Shown one piece after another: positions 56,904 to 64,000 of a stretch of DNA of 64,000 nt. Source of the stretch: Oscillibacter sp. Its GTDB lineage: Bacteria; Bacillota; Clostridia; Oscillospirales; Oscillospiraceae. Below the pieces are notes generated by a model. The model made no database searches. It saw only the letters and a list, made by a program, of their open reading frames with translations, and was not told the origin of the DNA. Every line of letters begins with the position of its first letter. The stretch's first letter is position 1. A program made the translations under genes and the position numbers. The stretch spans positions 832 through 64,831 of the forward strand of contig NZ_JAQUVF010000011.1 of the NCBI RefSeq assembly GCF_028693505.1, read 5' to 3'.

Positions 56904-58649
56904 ATGATTAGTCAGGACATCCGGGCGCTAGCGCCGGAACAGGACCCCCTGCGCATGGGTATGGGGTGGAAGGTGGAGGATCTCTCCAAGCCCCAAATCA
57001 TGATCGAGAGCACCTTCGGCGACAGCCATCCCGGCAGCGCCGGTCTTTTTGAGCTGGTGAATGAGGCCGCCCGCGGCGTTGCAGACGCCGGCGGCAAGTC
57101 CGCCCGCTTCTTCACCACCGACATCTGCGACGGCATGGCACAGGGCCACGACGGCATCAACTATTCTCTGGCCAGCCGGGACGCCATCTGCAACATGATC
57201 GAAATCCACGCCCAGGCCACCCCCTTTGACGGCGGCGTGTTCGTCACCAGCTGCGACAAGGGCATGCCTGCCCACCTCATGGGCATCGGCCGGGTGAATA
57301 TGCCCTCCATCATGGTCACCGGCGGCGTGATGGACGCCTATCCTCTGAAGGAACACGTGGAAAACATCAAGGAGGACCTTCTCACGCTGGAGCAAATCGG
57401 CATCTACTCCGCCAAATGCGAGCGGGGAGAGATCAGCGCGGACGAGCTGACGTGGTACAAGCAGCACGCCTGCCCCTCCTGCGGCGCCTGCTCCTTTATG
57501 GGCACCGCCTCCACCATGCAGATCATGGCCGAGTCGCTGGGACTGATGCTGCCGGGTTCTGCCCTGATGCCCGCCACCTGCCAGGATTTGCAGGAGTTTG
57601 CCTACAAGGCTGGCGTGCAGGTGCTGGAGCTTGCCAAAAAGGGCTTAAAGCCCCGGGACATCGTCACCATGAAGTCCTTTGAAAACGCCATCATGGTCCA
57701 CGCCGCCATCTCTGGGTCCACCAACTCCCTGCTGCACATCCCCGCCGTGGCGAAGGAATTCGGCCTTGAGATCGACGCCGACATGTTCGACCGGATGCAC
57801 CGTGGCGCCCACTACCTGCTGGATATTCGTCCCGCCGGAAAGTGGCCCGCCCAGTTCTTTTACTATGCCGGCGGCGTGCCCCGGATCATGGAAGAGATCC
57901 GCTCCATGCTGCATCTGGACGTGATGACCGTCACCGGCAAAACGCTGGGTGAAAACCTGGACGAGCTGAAAGAGAGCGGCTTCTACGACCGGTGCGACGC
58001 ATACTGCGCCAAGTGGGGCACCACCTGGCAGGACATCATCCACCCCTTCGACAAGGCCATCGGCACCGACGGCGCCATCGCCATCCTCAAGGGCAATCTG
58101 GCCCCCGAGGGCGCGGTCATCAAGCACACCGCCTGCCCCAAGGAGATGTTCCACGCCACGCTCAAGGCCCGCCCCTTCGACAGCGAGGAAGAGGCCATTT
58201 ACGCCGTTTTGCACAAGCAGATCCATCCCGGCGAGGCGGTGTTCATTCGCTACGAGGGGCCCAAGGGCTCCGGTATGCCGGAGATGTTCTACACCTCCGA
58301 GGCCATCTCCTCCGATAAGGAGCTGGGACGCACCATCGCCCTCATCACCGACGGGCGCTTTTCCGGCGCGTCCACCGGCCCCGCCATCGGCCACGTCTCG
58401 CCCGAGGCCGCCGAGGGCGGTCCCATCGCACTGGTGGAGGAGGGCGACCTCATCCACATTGACATTCCGGAGCGGAAGCTGGAGATCGTGGGCATCCACG
58501 GCGAGGAAAAGACGCCCGCAGAGGTAGCTGCCGTTCTGGCCCAGCGCAAGGCTGCTTGGAAACCCAAGGAGCCCAAGTATCCCTCCGGCGTTTTGAAATT
58601 CTTCTCCCAGCACGCGGTCTCCCCCATGAAGGGCGGCTACATGGACTAA
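56904..58649 (+). CDS. IlvD/Edd family dehydratase, probably a sugar-acid dehydratase
   Basis: DICDG, SCDK, ACSFMGTASTM, GSTN, YEGPKGSGMPEM and ITDGRFSG motifs; co-located with eda and kdgK. Confidence 0.9.
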   Translation: MISQDIRALAPEQDPLRMGMGWKVEDLSKPQIMIESTFGDSHPGSAGLFELVNEAARGVADAGGKSARFFTTDICDGMAQGHDGINYSLASRDAICNMIEIHAQATPFDGGVFVTSCDKGMPAHLMGIGRVNMPSIMVTGGVMDAYPLKEHVENIKEDLLTLEQIGIYSAKCERGEISADELTWYKQHACPSCGACSFMGTASTMQIMAESLGLMLPGSALMPATCQDLQEFAYKAGVQVLELAKKGLKPRDIVTMKSFENAIMVHAAISGSTNSLLHIPAVAKEFGLEIDADMFDRMHRGAHYLLDIRPAGKWPAQFFYYAGGVPRIMEEIRSMLHLDVMTVTGKTLGENLDELKESGFYDRCDAYCAKWGTTWQDIIHPFDKAIGTDGAIAILKGNLAPEGAVIKHTACPKEMFHATLKARPFDSEEEAIYAVLHKQIHPGEAVFIRYEGPKGSGMPEMFYTSEAISSDKELGRTIALITDGRFSGASTGPAIGHVSPEAAEGGPIALVEEGDLIHIDIPERKLEIVGIHGEEKTPAEVAAVLAQRKAAWKPKEPKYPSGVLKFFSQHAVSPMKGGYMD

Positions 58650-58695
58650 GTCTCCCCTGACGTTAATTCACACCAGAAAGGATGTTTCAAATCAT

Positions 58696-59343
58696 ATGAC
58701 AGCTCTTGAAAATCGTATTTCCGAAATCGGCGTCGTGCCGGTCATCAAGCTCAACCACCCCCAGCGGGACGCGGCCAATCTGGCCCGCGCCTTGTGCGCA
58801 GGCGGCGTTGCCGTGGCGGAGGTCACCTTCCGCGCCGCCGGGGCGCCCGACGCCATCCGCAGCATGAAGGAGGCCTGCCCCGACATGCTGGTGGGCGCAG
58901 GCACCGTTCTCACCACCGCGCAGGTGGACGAGGTGATCGCCGCAGGCGGTCAGTTTGTGGTCACCCCCGGTCTCGATCCAGAGATCGTGACCTACTGCCA
59001 GGAAAAGGGCATCGCGGTGTTCCCCGGCTGCACCACCGCAACCGATTATCACACCGCTTACAAGCTGGGCCTCACCGTGCTGAAGTTCTTCCCTGCGGAG
59101 CAGTCCGGCGGCCTCGCCAAAATCAAGGCGCTCAGCGCCCCCTTCTCCATGTTCAAGATCATGCCCACCGGCGGCGTCTCTTTGAAGAACCTGAAGGAAT
59201 ACCTCTCCGCCCCCGTCATCTGCGCCTGCGGCGGGTCCTACATGGTCACCGCCGACCTGATCGACAACCAGAAGTGGGACGAGATCACCGCGCTTTGCAA
59301 GCAGTCCATTGAAATTGTGAAGGAGGCCAGAACGCATGGCTAA
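58696..59343 (+). CDS. eda: KDPG/KHG aldolase
   Basis: EVTFR, VGAGTV, LKFFPA and MPTGGV motifs. Confidence 0.95.
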   Translation: MTALENRISEIGVVPVIKLNHPQRDAANLARALCAGGVAVAEVTFRAAGAPDAIRSMKEACPDMLVGAGTVLTTAQVDEVIAAGGQFVVTPGLDPEIVTYCQEKGIAVFPGCTTATDYHTAYKLGLTVLKFFPAEQSGGLAKIKALSAPFSMFKIMPTGGVSLKNLKEYLSAPVICACGGSYMVTADLIDNQKWDEITALCKQSIEIVKEARTHG

Positions 59344-60358
59344 AATTGTAACGTTCGGCGAGCTGATGCTGCGCCTTGCCCCCAACGGATATTACCGCTT
59401 CTTCCAGGACGACCAGCTGCAGGCCACCTTCGGCGGCGGCGAGGCCAACGTGGCGGTGTCCCTTGCCAACTACGGTCTGGATGTTGCCTTTGTGACCAAG
59501 CTCCCCAGCCACGCCATCGGACAGGCCGCGGTGGATTCCCTGCGCCACTTCGGCGTGGACACCAGCAAGATCGTCCGCGGCGGCGAGCGCGTGGGCATCT
59601 ACTATCTGGAAAAGGGCGCCTCTCAGCGGGGCAGCGTGTGCATCTATGACCGCGCCCACTCCGCCATTCAGGAGGCAGAAAGCGCCGAATTCGACTGGGA
59701 CGCCATCTTCGAGGGCGCGGACTGGTTCCACTTCACCGGCATCACCCCGGCGCTGGGCCCCAACATGGTGGAAGCCTGTAAGCAGGCCTGCATCGCGGCA
59801 AAGAAGCACGGCGTGAAGATCTCCTGCGACCTCAACTATCGCGGCAAGCTCTGGACCCGGGCAGAGGCCCGCGCCGCCATGACCGAGCTTTGCCAGTACG
59901 TGGACGTTTGCATCTCCAACGAGGAGGACGCCAAGGACGTGTTCGGCATCGAGGCGGAGAACACGGATATTTACAGCGGCAAGCTCAACCACGAGGGGTA
60001 CAAGTCCGTGGCCAAGCAGCTGGCGGACCAGTTCGGCTTTGAAAAGGTGGCCATCACCCTGCGCACCAGCATCTCCGCCAGCGACAACGACTGGGCGGGC
60101 ATGCTGTACGACGGGAAGGAGTACTGCTTCTCCAAGGGCTATCACCTGCACATCGTGGACCGTGTGGGCGGCGGCGACAGCTTCGGCGGCGGCTTGATCT
60201 ACTCCCTGCTCTCCGGCAAGTCCACCCAGGCGGCGGTGGAGTTCGCGGTGGCGGCTTCCGCACTGAAGCACTCCGTGGAAGGCGACTACAATCGCGTCAG
60301 CGTCTCCGAGGTGGAGAAGCTGGCCGGCGGCGACGGCTCCGGCCGCGTCCAGCGCTGA
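59336..60358 (+). CDS. kdgK: 2-keto-3-deoxygluconate kinase (PfkB family)
   Basis: FGELMLRL, GGGEANVA, YDRAHSA, DLNYRGKLW and DRVGGGDSF motifs. Confidence 0.93.
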   Translation: MAKIVTFGELMLRLAPNGYYRFFQDDQLQATFGGGEANVAVSLANYGLDVAFVTKLPSHAIGQAAVDSLRHFGVDTSKIVRGGERVGIYYLEKGASQRGSVCIYDRAHSAIQEAESAEFDWDAIFEGADWFHFTGITPALGPNMVEACKQACIAAKKHGVKISCDLNYRGKLWTRAEARAAMTELCQYVDVCISNEEDAKDVFGIEAENTDIYSGKLNHEGYKSVAKQLADQFGFEKVAITLRTSISASDNDWAGMLYDGKEYCFSKGYHLHIVDRVGGGDSFGGGLIYSLLSGKSTQAAVEFAVAASALKHSVEGDYNRVSVSEVEKLAGGDGSGRVQR

Positions 60359-60373
60359 GCTTCATCCATACAT

Positions 60374-60414
60374 AAAAAAGGTCTGCGGAGCAAATGCTCC
60401 GCAGGCCTTTTTTT
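60374..60414. terminator. Bidirectional intrinsic terminator
   Basis: AAAAAAGGTCTGCGGAGCA-aa-TGCTCCGCAGGCCTTTTTTT. Confidence 0.85.
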
Positions 60415-61691
60415 CACGCGCGCTCTGCGTCTCTGTGCCCAAACAAAAGGCCCACCGCGCCGCACACTGCCGCCGGGACCACCCAGCCAAACCCGTAAGA
60501 CGCCAGTGGCAGCCGCTCCAAAAAGTCCATCGGCATGCCGCGCCCCTTGAGAACGCTTAACAGACTAAAGGCCAGCGCGCCCAGCACTGCAAAACGGTAC
60601 ACCCAGTCATTGGGAATCCACCGGTGAAGAAATGCCAGCGCAATGAGCACCAGCGTCGGCGGATACACGATGTCCAGAATCGGCCCTGCGATGGCAACAA
60701 TCTGCTCCAGGCCAAAGTTGGAAACCTCCGCGCTGAACACAGAAATCAGAATCACCAGCAGCCGGTAAGGAATCCGCTCCCCGGAAAGGTGGGCGAAATA
60801 GGCGGCGGCCGAGCTTACCAGCGCCACGGCAGTGGTGATGCAGGCCAGCGCCACCACGATGGAGAAGAGGACGATGCCGCCGCTGCCCAGCAAATTTCGG
60901 ACAATGGAGGTCATGAGGAAGGTGCGCAGCACGGTAAGATCGAAAAAGCAGGAGGTGGTGACGCCAAGATAGGTGAGGCCAAGGTAGACCACCAGCAAGG
61001 CGACGCCTGCCACGACACCCGCGCCCGCCACCACCCGAAACTGCGCCTTGGGATCGGTGTGCCCCTTTTCCCGGGCGCTGTCCAGCAAAATGATGCCGAA
61101 TACCAGCGCTGCCAGCACATCCATGGTCTGATAGCCCGCCTCGATGCCGGTGCGGGGGACATTTTCCACCAAAATATGCGCCGGGACCGGTCCGATGGGG
61201 TCGATGACTCCTTTGACGATCAGCACCAAAAGCCCCAGCAGCAGCGCGGGCGTAAGCACCTTGCCCACGATATCCACAACGGCGGATTCATTGAGACAAA
61301 GCAGCAAAATGAGTGCAAAAAACAGCACGGAAAACCACACCGGCGAAAGGCCGGAGACCAGCGGCGCAACGGACATCTCGTATGTGGTGGCCGCCGTGCG
61401 GGGAATGGCCAGCATGGGGCCGATGCATAGAACGATGGCGCTCATCAGCACGGTGGAGGGGATTCGCCCAATGGGGCGGGTGATGCCGTCGGAACTTCCG
61501 CTGCGCAAAATCGCAAAAAGCGCCGCCAGCGCAAGGCCGATGTCGGCCAGATAGTAGCACAAAAAGCCCAGTACCCACTGCCTTCCGCAGCCCAGTCCCA
61601 GATAGGGCGGGAAAATCACATTGCCCGCGCCAAAAAACATGGAGAACAGGGCAAATCCAATGACAAACATGTCTTTTCGCTGGTGTTGCAT
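60414..61691 (-). CDS. brnQ: Branched-chain amino acid:cation symporter
   Basis: [37 protein letters not shown] and ACITTA motifs. Confidence 0.94.
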   Translation of the reverse strand: MQHQRKDMFVIGFALFSMFFGAGNVIFPPYLGLGCGRQWVLGFLCYYLADIGLALAALFAILRSGSSDGITRPIGRIPSTVLMSAIVLCIGPMLAIPRTAATTYEMSVAPLVSGLSPVWFSVLFFALILLLCLNESAVVDIVGKVLTPALLLGLLVLIVKGVIDPIGPVPAHILVENVPRTGIEAGYQTMDVLAALVFGIILLDSAREKGHTDPKAQFRVVAGAGVVAGVALLVVYLGLTYLGVTTSCFFDLTVLRTFLMTSIVRNLLGSGGIVLFSIVVALACITTAVALVSSAAAYFAHLSGERIPYRLLVILISVFSAEVSNFGLEQIVAIAGPILDIVYPPTLVLIALAFLHRWIPNDWVYRFAVLGALAFSLLSVLKGRGMPMDFLERLPLASYGFGWVVPAAVCGAVGLLFGHRDAERA

Positions 61692-61854
61692 GAAAAAACC
61701 TCCTGAGAGTGAAGATGAGCAAGCGCGGTATAGCTTGTCCATTTTACACGAAATAAGAAAAGCGACGCAGAAAAGGGAACTTTTTCGATTCCGTCGCCGT
61801 CCTTCTAAACAGAATACAGCGACGCCTGTGGCGTCCCGAAAAAGGAGAGTTCAT

Positions 61855-62700
61855 ATGAAGCTGAGACTTTTGGCAGTCCTTTTGGCACTTGCCATGGCCC
61901 TGTCCCTGACCGCGTGCGGGAAGAAGGCCGCGCCGGAGGAGCCCGTGGCGCCGCCGGAGATCACAGAGCCCGCGCCGGAGGACAGCGGTGCGGTGGAGGA
62001 CAGCGACGCGGAGCAGCCGCAGGACGATTTGGAAAGCGACGAGACCCCCGCCGAGACCCCGGATGTGGGCGACGCCGCGGCAGACGCGGATAAGACCCAG
62101 ACGGCAGATACTGCGGAAAAGCCGGCGGCGGATACCGCGCAAAAACCGGTGAGCAAGCCCGTCGAGAAGCCTGCCAAGAAGCCCGTTCAAAAGCCTGCTG
62201 AGAAACCCGTCGAAAAACCCGCCGAGAAACCGGTTGAAAAGCCCGTCGAAAAGCCGGTTGAAAAGCCCGCCGAGAAGCCCGCGGAGCCGGTGAGCACTGT
62301 CGACCTCGGGGGGTTCTATGATACCCTCTCCACCATCGAGACCGCGCCCTCCCTGATGAAGATCGAGGGGGAGAGCGTGGATGCCTTCTACGCCGGGCTG
62401 GGCGACATCCAGACCAAGCAGTGCGCGGTGTACATGGCAATGATCTCCGCCGCCGTGGGGGAGCTGGCTTTGGTGGAGGTCGAGAATGCCGACGATGTGC
62501 AGAAGGTGAAGGACATCTTCCAAAGCCGCATCGACTACCAGGTGGGAGACGACACCAACCCCGGCGCAGCCTTTTATCCAAACAGCATTGAGGGCTGGAA
62601 GAACAACTCCCGCATCGTCTCGAACGGTAACTGCGTCATGCTGGTGGCCTGTGATGGCGCGGATGACGTGGTGGCATCCTTCAACGCGCTGTTTGCGTAA
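61855..62700 (+). CDS. DUF4358-like lipoprotein with an acidic and KPxE repeat linker
   Basis: Lipobox LTAC; C-terminal [23 protein letters not shown]; AAAGGAG RBS. Confidence 0.8.
   Translation: MKLRLLAVLLALAMALSLTACGKKAAPEEPVAPPEITEPAPEDSGAVEDSDAEQPQDDLESDETPAETPDVGDAAADADKTQTADTAEKPAADTAQKPVSKPVEKPAKKPVQKPAEKPVEKPAEKPVEKPVEKPVEKPAEKPAEPVSTVDLGGFYDTLSTIETAPSLMKIEGESVDAFYAGLGDIQTKQCAVYMAMISAAVGELALVEVENADDVQKVKDIFQSRIDYQVGDDTNPGAAFYPNSIEGWKNNSRIVSNGNCVMLVACDGADDVVASFNALFA
62143..62286 (+). repeat. 12 x 12-bp coding tandem repeat (KP[AV][EKQS])
   Basis: [48 protein letters not shown]. Confidence 0.9.
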
Positions 62701-62721
62701 GCCTTTGCCGCCGGGCGGCAA

Positions 62722-62755
62722 AAAAGAGGGCAGGACATTCGTCCCGCCCTCTTTT
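62722..62755. terminator. Bidirectional intrinsic terminator
   Basis: AAAAGAGGGCAGGAC-attc-GTCCCGCCCTCTTTT. Confidence 0.8.
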
Positions 62756-62772
62756 ACGCTCTGTCGGGATAA

Positions 62773-63897
62773 TCAGATCTTGATCAGCTCGTATTCCTTG
62801 GTGCCCAGCCCCAGCTTTTCAGCGTGGTCCAGACACACCTGCCACTCCGTATCCGGGTGGGCGGCGTGGAGAAGGTCCCCGCAGGAGCAGTCGTATCCGC
62901 CGTCAAAGAGGACGCTGCCGGGTAGCGGCGGCTGGGAGATCACCGCGTCGGCGCAGGCCTGATCCAGCGCCACGGGATCAAAGGAGGCGAACATCCCCAC
63001 ATCCGCGGCGATGGGCGCGTCGTTTTCACCGTGGCAGTCGCAGTTGGGGGAGATATCCAGCACCAGAGAGACGTGGAAGCAGGGACGATTCGCCACCACC
63101 GCCTTGGTATACTCGGCAATTTTCTTATTTAGGATGGCAGGGGCCTCGTCATCCCGGGAGCAGATGGCGTCCTTGGGACAAATGGCAAGGCACCGGGCGC
63201 AGCCCACGCATTTCGCGGTGTCGATGGCGGCTTTCCCGTCCTCACCGAACTGGGGCGCACCGTGGGCGCAGATTTTGGCGCAGGCCCGGCAGCCGATGCA
63301 GCGCTTTTGCTTGACGAAGGGCTTTCCCGCGTTGTGCATCTCCATCTTGCCGGCCCGGGAACCGCAGCCCATGCCGATGTTTTTGAGGGCGCCGCCCATA
63401 CCGGCCTGTTCGTGGCCCTTGAAGTGGGTGAGGGAGACGAATACGTCGGCGTCCATCACGGCCCGGCCAATCTTGGCCTCCTTCACATACTCGCCGCCCT
63501 CCACGGCGACGCACACCTCGTCGTTGCCTTTAAGCCCGTCGGCAATGAGGATGTGGCAGCCGGTGGAGTAAGGGGTAAAGCCATTGACATAGGCGGATTC
63601 GATATGGTCCAGGGCGTTTTTTCGCCCCCCCACGTAGAGGGTGTTGCAGTCCGTCAAAAAGGGCTTTCCGCCCTGACTTTTTATAAGGTCCGCCACGGCC
63701 TTGGCCCAGTTGGGCCGAAGGTAGGCAAGGTTCCCCGGTTCTCCGAAGTGCATTTTAACAGCCACATACTTGCCATCCATGTCGATCTCGCCGAACCCGG
63801 CGGTCATCATGAGACGGGCCAGCTTCTGGGGCAGATTCTCCCGCCAGCTGGGGCAGCGGAAATCCGCAAAATAAACCTTGGACAGTTCTGCCATCAT
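62773..63897 (-). CDS. DUF362 domain Fe-S protein with a 2[4Fe-4S] ferredoxin module
   Basis: VKMHFGEPGN, TDCNTLY, HFKGHE, CIGCRAC, CVGCARC and NCDC motifs. Confidence 0.9.
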   Translation of the reverse strand: MMAELSKVYFADFRCPSWRENLPQKLARLMMTAGFGEIDMDGKYVAVKMHFGEPGNLAYLRPNWAKAVADLIKSQGGKPFLTDCNTLYVGGRKNALDHIESAYVNGFTPYSTGCHILIADGLKGNDEVCVAVEGGEYVKEAKIGRAVMDADVFVSLTHFKGHEQAGMGGALKNIGMGCGSRAGKMEMHNAGKPFVKQKRCIGCRACAKICAHGAPQFGEDGKAAIDTAKCVGCARCLAICPKDAICSRDDEAPAILNKKIAEYTKAVVANRPCFHVSLVLDISPNCDCHGENDAPIAADVGMFASFDPVALDQACADAVISQPPLPGSVLFDGGYDCSCGDLLHAAHPDTEWQVCLDHAEKLGLGTKEYELIKI

Positions 63898-63937
63898 TTG
63901 TTCTCCTTTATTTTTTATCGGCGGTAGGTCCCACCGC

Positions 63938-64000
63938 TCACTCGCCCAGATCCACGTTCACGTGGTCGGTGCCGTGGCGGTCGAACTCGGAAAGATAGGT
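63938..64000 (-). CDS. 3' end of a gene entering from beyond the window
   Basis: Frame TYLSEFDRHGTDHVNVDLGE* with genome-like codon usage, followed by a small hairpin. Confidence 0.5.
   Translation of the reverse strand, partial: TYLSEFDRHGTDHVNVDLGE

Noticed and set aside
1-64000. tRNA, rRNA, transposase, integrase, phage or defence genes
   Set aside because: None recognised by eye. tRNAscan-SE and an HMM search were not run and would be needed to exclude them formally.

Overview
This is a 64 kb high-GC bacterial chromosomal segment. Gene content and style suggest a spore-forming gut Clostridia member, probably Oscillospiraceae (inference). It is mostly housekeeping and metabolism: mtaB/iscS, a glmU-prs-pth-mfd operon, pgk-tpiA-gpmI, a complete pstSCAB-phoU-HD-phoB-phoR operon with a Pho box, an IlvD/Edd dehydratase-eda-kdgK sugar-acid operon, thiolase with Rex-like boxes, an ArsR-TrxB-TrxA operon, two sporulation genes and several transporters. 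I saw no tRNA, rRNA, CRISPR, transposase or phage genes. The unexplained signal is non-coding. (1) Three dispersed copies of a 161-162 bp non-coding element with CAG...CTG ends, covarying hairpins and a 59/60 identical core. Each copy is flanked by a direct duplication of the whole local terminator-like palindrome (22-36 bp, different at each locus), and there is at least one decayed remnant. (2) A 3 x 117 bp structured tandem array between prs and pth. (3) A riboswitch-like leader (promoter, P1, antiterminator/terminator) upstream of a TM1266 + SsuA/NMT1-type ABC operon, which I cannot assign to a known family. Protein-level oddities include a GlmU with a degenerate uridyltransferase domain and a TrxB lacking NADPH-binding motifs.
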